The notes under the pieces were generated by a model, which ran no database searches, was not told where the DNA came from, and worked only from the letters and a program-made list of their open reading frames with translations. From the NCBI GenBank assembly GCA_045536405.1, contig JAZSNM010000025.1:23664-87663 (forward strand): 64,000 bases of DNA, given 5' to 3'. This stretch comes from Christensenellaceae bacterium (GTDB lineage Bacteria; Bacillota; Clostridia; Christensenellales; Borkfalkiaceae). This document shows positions 18,240 to 26,790 of the stretch, in pieces. A program made the position numbers and the translations under genes. Every line of letters begins with the position of its first letter. Position 1 is the stretch's first letter.

Positions 18240-18770
18240 TTAATAATACGATGCGGTCATTCTCCTTTTAACCTGGCATCGCTAAATAATCAGGTTTGTT
18301 GTGGTTGCCCGGCTAGTGAGGGAGACTTAAAATGTGGTGATAAGACGTAACAATGCAGTCCTTCTGATATTTCGGAAGTAAAAGAACCAACGTGGAAGGC
18401 GTTGTAAAAGAAGTTTCAGGCGGTATATGGCTCGCCACCATGTACTATTGGTAGCCCGCTGAAAAATCGTTGTGCCAAGGGGACGGGGAATGGCACATTT
18501 TTTAAAAACGATTTAGTAGGAAAGGGCGCAGTCTGCCCTTTTGGCAACCTGCAAAGTTGATTTTTTCTATATGTGCTTTAAAAATATTAACTTTTCAATT
18601 ATTATTCTTAACGTTAAAGCAGTAGCAGTTCGGGTTGATATGTTCGTAAAGCACACTCACCTCTTGCGTACGCTTTATGAATATATCAATGCGAATTCTC
18701 ACATAAACAGCCTGCGCAGTCAGGCACAATTAAGGTGAAGTTTGCATTTTTTTATTCACCGATTTTTTTA
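18240..18770 (+). other. ORF-free GC-enriched nested-helix block of about 530 nt ending in a terminator (candidate large ncRNA or ssDNA origin)
   Basis: Line 18301-18360 counts 28/60 G+C, against 8/60 at 17881-17940. Nested stems include AATCGTT/AACGATT enclosing TGTGCCA/TGGCACA, AAGGGC/GCCCTT and CGATGC/GCATCG. The hairpin GGTGAA/TTCACC followed by a T-run lies at about 18734-18770. Confidence 0.4.
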
Positions 18771-18882
18771 TATAAACAGCGCAAACGTTGTTATAGTCTT
18801 TTTTTTATAAAGTTATTAACAATTTACTTAAAAAACGACTTAAAATACACTGCCACGTTTAAAAATGCTTAATATCAATATA

Positions 18883-18905
18883 CTGGGGAAATACTGGGGA
18901 AGTAA
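18883..18905 (+). repeat. Two tandem CTGGGGAA motifs (candidate arm-type sites, int-distal)
   Basis: ACTGGGGAAATACTGGGGAAGT matches the motif at 5524-5545. Confidence 0.5.
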
Positions 18906-18948
18906 TTAAAATTTTCCGATAAAATCTTAAATTTTGAGCCTTTTATAT

Positions 18949-18976
18949 GGTTCAAGTCCTGTTGTCCGCACCAAAA
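18949..18976 (+). repeat. attR core (duplicate of the tRNA-Leu 3' end)
   Basis: Identical to 5392-5419. The flanking bases differ (T at 18948 versus A at 5391). Confidence 0.9.
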
Positions 18977-18979
18977 AAA

Positions 18980-19007
18980 GAACTTTCTACGGAAAGTTCT
19001 TTTTTTT
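18980..19007 (+). terminator. Ancestral tRNA-Leu terminator displaced by the insertion
   Basis: GAACTTTC-tacg-GAAAGTTC followed by an 8-nt T-run. Confidence 0.7.
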
Positions 19008-19184
19008 ATCCATTGCGAGAGCAATGGCATATCATCACAATTTAGCGTGGTATATCATTTCAATTAGGCGTATATTATCACGCAACTTGCTTTCGTGCAT
19101 ATAATCAAAAGATATAAAAAATCTAATTATCATATTTATACTTTTTAATATATAACTATTTTAATCTAAAAACTAAAAAAACTA

Positions 19185-19213
19185 TTGCAATATTCTCCAA
19201 AAAGTAGTATACT
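19185..19213 (+). promoter_or_regulatory. Sigma-70-type promoter
   Basis: TTGCAA (19185-19190), a 17-nt spacer, then TATACT (19208-19213). Confidence 0.5.
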
Positions 19214-19219
19214 GATATT

Positions 19220-19419
19220 GCGAAACAAACCAAATATTTATTAAAACGAGTAGTTTTCTATATGGGATAACTATGTCTTTTAGTCTTTACTTTTGAATTT
19301 AGTGAAAGTGCAAATTCCCCTTAGTAAAGACTGATAGTTATTCCGTTTTAATTAGGTTTGTTTCGCGACAACGGAGTTTGCGTTTTCGGTGCGTGGCTTC
19401 GTTGTCGCGCACTTTTTTT
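19220..19419 (+). ncRNA. Long-hairpin leader/sRNA candidate with intrinsic terminator
   Basis: The outer stem GCGAAACAAACC (19220-19231) pairs with GGTTTGTTTCGC (19355-19366). The inner arms GGATAACTAT..GTCTTTAC pair with GTAAAGAC..ATAGTTATTCC. The terminator is GCGACAACG (19365-19373)/CGTTGTCGC (19400-19408) followed by a T-run. Confidence 0.4.
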
Positions 19420-19486
19420 ATTATCTTTATATTAAAATAACAAGTGAGCATACACAGAAAACCGAAATATTTTTTGGAGGTTTTAT

Positions 19487-20428
19487 ATGAAAAAACTTGT
19501 ATCTCTTTTATTAGCAGTATGCATGTGCCTTTCAGTTGGCATAATGCTCACAGCGTGTGAAAATCACATACACACCTTAACTAAAGTTGATGCTGTTGCA
19601 GCAACTTGCGAAACGGCGGGTAATAGTGAATATTATTCATGTGACTGTGGTAAATATTTCAGTGATGCAAACGGTTCTACTGAAATAGATAAAGACAGTT
19701 GGATAATTCCAGCAACAGGCCACTCTTACGCTAGCACTTGGTCTTATAACGATACTCATCACTGGAAAGAAGCAACTTGTTCTCATTCAACACAAAAAGG
19801 CGAATACGCAGAACATAGTTTAACAGACAACGCATGTGTTTGTGGTTATACAATTACGTATACCGTTACTGAAAATGAATGGAACGAAGTATTCGTAGGC
19901 GATTATTTAAATAATGGAACGGTTAATATTGACAGTAAATACTATGAAAACGAAGTTTTTATTCCAGAACAATCAAACGCTACGGTAATGAAGAGTAATG
20001 AAACTGCTATGGTTATGTCTATGGTAGATGGCGCTGATGCCGAAAGTCAATATTTAGTTAAAGAAGATGACGTTTGGTATGCTATTATGAATAATGAAGG
20101 CACATGGTATGGTGTTGAAGTGCCAGATGCTTTAGTAAATAGTTATTCATTTGCCGGCAGTCAAGGAATTGCTTTTGTTGATAGATATAATGAATTCACT
20201 TTTGATGATGAAAATAACTGCTACGTTGCAAGTAATTTTGTAATAGATAGTGACATTACTGCTGAATACGTTAAAATTTATATTAAAAATGGTAAACTTG
20301 ATAAAATGGAAATGAAAGCAACTATTAACCCTACTGCTTACGGTATTGCTAAATACGTATTCTCAGACTACGGTACGACGGTAATTGATAATATTCCTCA
20401 GTGGACTACTCTTCCACAAGAACCATAA
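19487..20428 (+). CDS. Cys-rich lipoprotein, unknown function
   Basis: 313 aa. The signal peptide has lipobox MLTAC. CxxxG..C.CG and HxW motifs follow. Confidence 0.6.
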   Translation: MKKLVSLLLAVCMCLSVGIMLTACENHIHTLTKVDAVAATCETAGNSEYYSCDCGKYFSDANGSTEIDKDSWIIPATGHSYASTWSYNDTHHWKEATCSHSTQKGEYAEHSLTDNACVCGYTITYTVTENEWNEVFVGDYLNNGTVNIDSKYYENEVFIPEQSNATVMKSNETAMVMSMVDGADAESQYLVKEDDVWYAIMNNEGTWYGVEVPDALVNSYSFAGSQGIAFVDRYNEFTFDDENNCYVASNFVIDSDITAEYVKIYIKNGKLDKMEMKATINPTAYGIAKYVFSDYGTTVIDNIPQWTTLPQEP

Positions 20429-20518
20429 TTTAATCAACTATAAAAAGTAGATTAAAATAAACCGTTTACGGTTTAAGACGTATTTAATTTTAATACGTAA
20501 AAAACGAATATTATATGG

Positions 20519-20546
20519 GGGCGAGAATTGAATTCTCGCCCTTTTT
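20519..20546 (+). terminator. Intrinsic terminator
   Basis: GGGCGAGAATT/AATTCTCGCCC followed by TTTTT. Confidence 0.7.
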
Positions 20547-20722
20547 CGTTACAAAAAACGCAACTTATCACTATTTCGTTTACACAAAAGTTAAAATATT
20601 TAAACTTTAGTTTAAAGCCGTTATTATTTAGTATTGACAAAAATTTTTACTTTTGTTATTATATATTCGCAAGATTAGTAATCTATTAAAAACAACTACT
20701 AATAAAGGAAATACGTGAGTTT

Positions 20723-22789
20723 ATGAATCAACCAATAAACTTTATCTGGGCAGGCGAAAGGACTAAACGCAATACAAGGCTAAAATTTTCTATAAATATT
20801 ACTAAAGATTGCGACCTTCTTGAATTGTACGTGGCTGATTTTTTTCAAGTTTACGCAGATGGCAAATTCCTTTGCTATGGACCTGAACGTACTGCGTCAG
20901 GATACGCAAGAAGAGCCGAAGTTAAAATTAAAGGCGTGAAAAATCTCGTAGTATACGTTAACGCTTATAACGTTAATTGTTATGCGTACGACTTACAAGA
21001 GCCTTTTTTTGGAGCGAGAATTCTTAGTGGCAAAAACGAAATTTACCGCTCGGAAGATTTTAAGTGCAGTGAAGAAAATTGTAGAATACGCAAAGTTCCT
21101 AGGCACAGTTTGCAACGTGGGTTTATAGAAGTATGTGATTATAGAAAAGTTGGTGAAACTAAACTTGAAACGTACCAAGTCCCTTCCCCTACACTCTTGA
21201 ACGGAATAGGCGACAACGCTTCGTACGAAAAGTGTGATTTTTATCTTCACGATACGTTTAATTTTAATGGCTTTAACGAAAACACCACTAAGATTAGTTG
21301 GTATGAAAAAGACGTTTGGGCTAATCGTGATTTTGAATATGAGCGTGACTTTTTAAATAAAGTTACAAGCGGTTTCACCGCATACGATTATCGTTTAAAT
21401 AGAGAAAGAACAGGTTTTATCGGATTGAAAATTAAAGCAAAAGAAGAAGTTGAAATTTTTATTCGCCACGAAGAGTTTTTATCTAACGATAGTTGGAATA
21501 GTGAAAGAACTACTACTTGTAGAAATTTAATTTCGTTGACGGTAAAAGAAGGTGAAACGGAGTTTTTATCCGCCGAGCCGTATGCATTTAAATATCTTTT
21601 AGTGCTTTTAAAAGGTCAAGCGGAAATTGAGCCGTATTTCGTAGCGCTTGAAAATAAGCAAGCGAAAGCGGTAAAAATTAGTGGTAACGAAAAGTTCGTT
21701 TCAGTTTTTGAAGCGGCTAGACATACTTTTGAGCAAAACGCTTTAGATATATTTATGGATTGTCCTGGTAGAGAGCGTGCGGGTTGGCTTTGCGATTCTT
21801 ACTTCACTGCTTTTTCTGAAAAACTTTTTACCGGCGAAAACAAAATTGAAAGGGCTTATTTAGAAAACATTATTTTAGCAAATACCGAAGAACTTCCTGA
21901 CGGAATGTTACCAAAAAGTTTTCCATCCGAGCATAATAACGGCGTATACATACCTAACTGGGCGTTATGGTTTATAGTTGAACTTGAAAGTTATTTAGAC
22001 CGTACGGGCGACAGAACGCTTATTGATAGTGCAAAAGAAAAAGTATATAAACTTTTAGACTTTTTTACAAACTACGAAAACGAATTTGGATTACTTGAAA
22101 ACTTAGAAAGTTGGGTTTTTATTGAGTGGAGTATATGCAACGATAAAAATTATACTAGCGGAATAAATTTTCCGTCAAATATGCTCTATGCAAAAGCGTT
22201 AGATTGCGTAGCCTATTTATTTAATGATAATAAACAAAGAGAAAAGGCTAAACAAATTAGAAAAACTATTTACGACTTATCGTATAACGGCGAATTTTTC
22301 ATTGAAAACGCAGTAAGAGATGAAAACAACAAGATAATTCCTTGCACGGAACATTTAAGTGAAACTTGTCAATACTACGCACTATTTTTTGGCATTAAAA
22401 CGGATGAAAAGTTCGTAACAATGATGAAAAACGACTTTGGACCACTTAGAAAGGCGGACTGCTACCCTAACGTTGGCAAAAGTAATATGTTTATAGGTAA
22501 TTATTTGCGACTATTTTGGCTTTGTAGCCAAGGCGAATACGACAAGGTTATTTTAGAAAGCGTAGAATATTTTTCACGTATGGCAAGTAAAACGGGAACG
22601 CTGTGGGAACACGATAGGCCAGGTTCAAGTTGTAACCACGGATTTGCTTCGGTAATTGCCGTAATTATGCTTAGGTGTTTATGTGGCTACTTAGACGTTA
22701 AAAATGGCGTTGTCGAATTTGAAAAAGACTTTAAGTCAATATGCGAAAAATATAATATAGGCGTATTTTTTAATTATAATAACGAATAA
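20723..22789 (+). CDS. GH78-like alpha-L-rhamnosidase family protein (six-hairpin glycosidase)
   Basis: 688 aa. The motif MDCPGRERAGWLCDSYF matches the DCPxRE(R/K)xGWxGD signature I recall for GH78. Confidence 0.6.
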   Translation: MNQPINFIWAGERTKRNTRLKFSINITKDCDLLELYVADFFQVYADGKFLCYGPERTASGYARRAEVKIKGVKNLVVYVNAYNVNCYAYDLQEPFFGARILSGKNEIYRSEDFKCSEENCRIRKVPRHSLQRGFIEVCDYRKVGETKLETYQVPSPTLLNGIGDNASYEKCDFYLHDTFNFNGFNENTTKISWYEKDVWANRDFEYERDFLNKVTSGFTAYDYRLNRERTGFIGLKIKAKEEVEIFIRHEEFLSNDSWNSERTTTCRNLISLTVKEGETEFLSAEPYAFKYLLVLLKGQAEIEPYFVALENKQAKAVKISGNEKFVSVFEAARHTFEQNALDIFMDCPGRERAGWLCDSYFTAFSEKLFTGENKIERAYLENIILANTEELPDGMLPKSFPSEHNNGVYIPNWALWFIVELESYLDRTGDRTLIDSAKEKVYKLLDFFTNYENEFGLLENLESWVFIEWSICNDKNYTSGINFPSNMLYAKALDCVAYLFNDNKQREKAKQIRKTIYDLSYNGEFFIENAVRDENNKIIPCTEHLSETCQYYALFFGIKTDEKFVTMMKNDFGPLRKADCYPNVGKSNMFIGNYLRLFWLCSQGEYDKVILESVEYFSRMASKTGTLWEHDRPGSSCNHGFASVIAVIMLRCLCGYLDVKNGVVEFEKDFKSICEKYNIGVFFNYNNE

Positions 22790-22829
22790 ATAATGAAAAA
22801 TTTTTAGACAAAAAAATGGAGGAAATTTT

Positions 22830-23087
22830 ATGCAACCAAATATTTTTGCAATTAGAATAGTTTTAACTAACGGCTACGAAGGTTATTTTAAGTTTAAGGG
22901 AGACGGCACTTGGGGCTGGTCGCTAGTTGAAGACGTAAACGAAGCAAGTTATTTTAGAACTCAACAAGAAGCCATACAAGAATATAGAAAACACGTTACT
23001 GATTACGTGGTAGACCAATACGGAAACAAAGTTTACGTTGATAGAAGTAGATGCACTATCACAAGTTGTTACAATCCAGGATACTAA
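22830..23087 (+). CDS. Hypothetical small protein
   Basis: 85-aa ORF with RBS GGAGGA. Confidence 0.45.
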   Translation: MQPNIFAIRIVLTNGYEGYFKFKGDGTWGWSLVEDVNEASYFRTQQEAIQEYRKHVTDYVVDQYGNKVYVDRSRCTITSCYNPGY

Positions 23088-23122
23088 TTACGTTTAACTA
23101 TACTTAAATATTAGGAGATATT

Positions 23123-24154
23123 ATGTGTAATATAGCAGGCTACGTTGGAGATTTAAACGCAACTCCAATATTATTAAAAATGATAAAAGCACAAGAAGGT
23201 TTAAACGGAGGCTTTTATTCTGGTTTAGCCGTTCACGACGGAAAAAATCTTCATTATAGAAAAACTATAGGCGATTTTGATACGCTTTTAAAAGAGAGTG
23301 ATGCAAGTTCATTAAAAGGAACGATGGGAATTTTTCATACGAGAACACCGTCTGGCGGTAACGCTTTATGGGCACACCCTTTCGTTACCGAAAGAGACAA
23401 CGATTTAAAATTTTGTTACGTTGCTAACGGGGCAATGTCGTCTTTTAGTTATCGCAGGGAAGAATTTCACGCTTTAGCAAGCGATTTACAAGAAAGCGGA
23501 TTTGATATTCCTTGTAAAATAAAAATGGAAGATGGTCGTTATTGCAAACTTAAAAACGGCGATGCAGTGCATATGTCCGACGTAATGTGTCAATTAATAT
23601 ATAAGCATAAAACAAATGGTCTTAATACTATTGACGCAATGACGAAAGCCTTTTTTGATATGCCAAGTGAAATTGTAGGTCTTGCAATAGAAAAGGAAAC
23701 TAACGATAAAATTTATTTTTCTCGCATAAACAAACCTATGTTCGTTGCTTTTGATGAAAACGGGGCATATTTAGCGTCTTCTCCATCGGCATTTCCTAAG
23801 CACGTTAAAGAATTTAAATTACTTCCTGCACTTTCTTCGGGCGTAATTTATAAAAACGGATATAAGGTAATAAAATATCCAAAGTTTGATAAAAAAGTAC
23901 GCGCTTTTAACGTTAAAACAATACGTAACGCAACTAACGTTATATTAAAAACGCTAACTGAAGGCGAAAAGAGATTCCCTGATTTAACAAAGGCTTTTAG
24001 AGAAATTATTCCAAAAGGTCAACTTTTACAAGACGATGCAATAGTATATATTGCACTTTACAATCTTTTAAAAGAAGGCAAAATAGTAAGAATAGATACT
24101 CAAAGAGAAGTTAGAGGGCAAATTGCTCCAAACGTAATTTTTAAATTAGTATAA
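23123..24154 (+). CDS. Class-II (Ntn) glutamine amidotransferase domain protein without SIS domains
   Basis: 343 aa. It starts MCNIAGYVG (Cys2 nucleophile, as in GlmS/PurF N-termini). I do not recognise the C-terminal 120 aa or so. Confidence 0.6.
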   Translation: MCNIAGYVGDLNATPILLKMIKAQEGLNGGFYSGLAVHDGKNLHYRKTIGDFDTLLKESDASSLKGTMGIFHTRTPSGGNALWAHPFVTERDNDLKFCYVANGAMSSFSYRREEFHALASDLQESGFDIPCKIKMEDGRYCKLKNGDAVHMSDVMCQLIYKHKTNGLNTIDAMTKAFFDMPSEIVGLAIEKETNDKIYFSRINKPMFVAFDENGAYLASSPSAFPKHVKEFKLLPALSSGVIYKNGYKVIKYPKFDKKVRAFNVKTIRNATNVILKTLTEGEKRFPDLTKAFREIIPKGQLLQDDAIVYIALYNLLKEGKIVRIDTQREVRGQIAPNVIFKLV

Positions 24155-24186
24155 TTACTAATAAAAAACTATAATACTTAAAGAGA

Positions 24187-24218
24187 AAGGCACGGCGAAA
24201 TAATTTCGCCGTGCCTTT
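24187..24218. terminator. Bidirectional terminator between convergent genes
   Basis: AAAGGCACGGCGAAA pairs with TTTCGCCGTGCCTTT. Confidence 0.7.
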
Positions 24219-24240
24219 AATATCTAAATTTATAAACGTT

Positions 24241-24903
24241 TTATCTTCTTTCTACAACTTCATTAACGCTTTTTACAATACAATTTTTAGGATAAACGCC
24301 ACGAAGTGAAAGCAAAGGATAAACTGAAGTGTTTTTACCTATAATACAGCCGGGATTTAACACGCAACCGCAACCTATATCAGCGTGGTCGCCTAAAATA
24401 GCGCCCATTTTTCTAAGCCCCGTTTGATATTCATTATCACCGTGAACTACTACGTTTTTACCGTCTGATTTTAAATTAGAACATATTGAACTTGCACCCA
24501 TATGTGAATAATTGCCCAATATTGAATCGCCTACGTAATTATAGTGCGGAACTTGTACTTTATTTAGTAAAATACAATTTTTCAATTCACTTGAATTTCC
24601 TACTACCGAGTTACTTGCTATTATTACGTTGCCACGCAAATAAGCCCCCGTTCTAAGCGTACAGTTATCGCCTATTATAGCATTTCCTTCTATCGTTACC
24701 GACGGATGTATTTCAACGTTTTTTCCAACGTATACACCTTCTTTTATCTCTTTATAATTATTTAGAATTTCTTGCGGTAAATTTTTGAAATACTCTTTAA
24801 TTTTAGGTAATATTTCCCAAGGATATTCACAACCGTTAAACAATGGTTCAAGATAAGTTGGAACGTCTTCAAAAAGTTCATTAATCTTTACTAATTTATT
24901 CAA
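24241..24903 (-). CDS. Left-handed beta-helix (hexapeptide-repeat) transferase, GlmU C-terminal-like
   Basis: 220 aa with repeated [LIV]G-x4 hexapeptides (IGDNCTL, VVGNSSEL, ILGNYSHM...). It overlaps glmM by 8 nt. Confidence 0.65.
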   Translation of the reverse strand: MNKLVKINELFEDVPTYLEPLFNGCEYPWEILPKIKEYFKNLPQEILNNYKEIKEGVYVGKNVEIHPSVTIEGNAIIGDNCTLRTGAYLRGNVIIASNSVVGNSSELKNCILLNKVQVPHYNYVGDSILGNYSHMGASSICSNLKSDGKNVVVHGDNEYQTGLRKMGAILGDHADIGCGCVLNPGCIIGKNTSVYPLLSLRGVYPKNCIVKSVNEVVERR

Positions 24904-26515
24904 GACAATGTCCCCCTTGTTTTATTGCTTTTGCAATTCTATCGGCATATTCAACGCATTTTATATAACTATTACACTCTACCATAATTCTAATTACCGG
25001 CTCAGTTCCACTTTTACGGAATAAAATTCTACCTTCGCCATTGATAATTTTTTCTATTTCCTTAACTTCTTGCATAACGTTTTCGTCAAGAGCAACGGCA
25101 TCTTTATTTTTAACTTTTACGTTTTTAGTATATTGCGGATATAAAACTATACCCTTAGTAAGTTCTGAAAGAGTTGTTTTTTGTTCGCAAACTTCTTCCG
25201 CTATCATTATTGCCGTTAATAAACCGTCACCCGTCGTAGCATATTTTTTTACTATGATATGACCTGATTGTTCTCCACCCAAACTATATTCGTGTTTTTG
25301 CATACACTCGTATACAAATCTATCCCCAACGTCAGTTTGTATGCAATTTATTCCTATTTTATTAAGTGAATTAATTAAACCTTTATTCGACATAATCGTG
25401 GCAACAATAGTATCGTCATTTAATATTCCCCTTTGTTTTAATCTCTTGCCGAGAATATATAAGATTTTATCGCCACAAACAACGTTACCGTTTTCGTCTA
25501 CCGCAATACATCTATCGGCATCGCCATCAAAAGCAAAACCTATATCTAAATGTTTTTCTTTAACGAGTTCACATAGTTTTTCAATATGCGTTGAACCACA
25601 CTCGTCGTTTATATTTAAACCGTTAGGTTCGTCGCCAACAACGTAAGTTTGCGCGCCTAATCCACTAAATAATGACTTTGCTAAAAACCAACTTGAACCG
25701 TTAGCGCAATCTAAACCTATTTTTAAGTTTTTATATGAATGTGACGCTATTGAAATTAAATAGCCTAAATACCTATTTCTTCCTGAAACGTAATCGACTA
25801 TACAGCCAAGTTTTTCCTTTTTTGCTAAAGGTAAATCTAACTCGGTTATACCTATTTCATTAAGTCTATTATCTAAATACGCCTCGATATACTGAGTAGT
25901 TTTATCATCTAATTTTTCGCCGTATCTGTTTACCACTTTAATTCCGTTATCGTGATAAGGATTATGCGACGCAGTTATCATAATACCGCAATCAAACTCG
26001 TCTTGTCTGGTTATAAACGAAACGCTTGGCGTTGTCGTAACGTGTAACATATAAGCGTCGGCACCCGATGCCGTAAGTCCAGCAACAATTGAATATTCTA
26101 ACATATAACTTGAACGGCGAGTATCTTTACCTATAACGATTTTTGGCCTGTAATTACCCTTTACACACCCAGACAAACTTGATTGAAAATACCAGCCTAA
26201 AAATCTTCCTATTTTATACGCTTGCATTGACGTTAAATTAACGTTGACTTCACCCCTAAAACCATCCGTTCCAAAATATTTATTCTTTTTGCAACCATTA
26301 TCAGCACTATTCAACTCAATATCGCCTTGTAATAAATTATCAGCAGATATATTAAATAAATTGCAAATTTCAATAATTTTATCTGATTGTGGAAGAGTTT
26401 TGCCTATTTCCCACTTAGAAACCGACTGCCTTGAAACGCCAATTCTATCGGCGAATTCTTCTTGCGAAATTCCCATTAAATTTCTTAATTTTGCTATTTT
26501 ACTACCTATCGTCAT
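24896..26515 (-). CDS. glmM: XRE-HTH domain fused to phosphoglucosamine mutase
   Basis: 539 aa. Residues 1 to about 65 are IAKLRNLMGISQEEFADRIGVSRQSVSKWEIGKTLP (HTH). These are followed by KYFGTDGFRGE and the phosphoserine loop TASHNPYHDNGIK typical of GlmM. Confidence 0.8.
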   Translation of the reverse strand: MTIGSKIAKLRNLMGISQEEFADRIGVSRQSVSKWEIGKTLPQSDKIIEICNLFNISADNLLQGDIELNSADNGCKKNKYFGTDGFRGEVNVNLTSMQAYKIGRFLGWYFQSSLSGCVKGNYRPKIVIGKDTRRSSYMLEYSIVAGLTASGADAYMLHVTTTPSVSFITRQDEFDCGIMITASHNPYHDNGIKVVNRYGEKLDDKTTQYIEAYLDNRLNEIGITELDLPLAKKEKLGCIVDYVSGRNRYLGYLISIASHSYKNLKIGLDCANGSSWFLAKSLFSGLGAQTYVVGDEPNGLNINDECGSTHIEKLCELVKEKHLDIGFAFDGDADRCIAVDENGNVVCGDKILYILGKRLKQRGILNDDTIVATIMSNKGLINSLNKIGINCIQTDVGDRFVYECMQKHEYSLGGEQSGHIIVKKYATTGDGLLTAIMIAEEVCEQKTTLSELTKGIVLYPQYTKNVKVKNKDAVALDENVMQEVKEIEKIINGEGRILFRKSGTEPVIRIMVECNSYIKCVEYADRIAKAIKQGGHCLE

Positions 26516-26790
26516 AATAAAACTCCTTTATATATATTATTATAGAAAATATATATTTTTTTGTCCACCACTAATAGTTTGAACATATTGTACATTATTG
26601 TTTACATTATACATAAAATATTCAATAATTGATACTTTTTTTAATATTTTTTAAATTTTATGTCAACTCTACTGTACATTTTAACTAATAAACTACAAAA
26701 AAGCCTTATAGAATTTATTTCCTATAAGGCAAAAATTTTTTTATTAAATTAAACAAGTTAAAACTCTTATTTTATTTTTACGCACGTAAC

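Larger units (their letters stand above)
5392..18976. mobile_element. 13.6-kb integrated element in the tRNA-Leu 3' end (atypical non-tailed prophage or integrative element)
   Basis: Exact 28-bp direct repeats at 5392-5419 and 18949-18976. A tyrosine integrase lies next to the tRNA. There is an XRE repressor with divergent operators, and TGGGGAA arm-type repeats sit near both ends. Confidence 0.85.

Noticed and set aside
18541-18738. 65-aa ORF inside the structured block
   Set aside because: It has a TTG start, no RBS and an odd composition. It sits within nested helices and upstream of a terminator, so it is more likely non-coding.
5392-18976. Reading the tRNA-integrated element as a conventional tailed (Caudoviricetes) prophage or a PICI-type satellite
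   Set aside because: No ORF shows terminase, portal, capsid, protease, tail or lysin motifs, and none shows terS or capsid-remodelling features. About half of the coding capacity is membrane or secreted proteins plus a TM-ATPase, which fits neither model.
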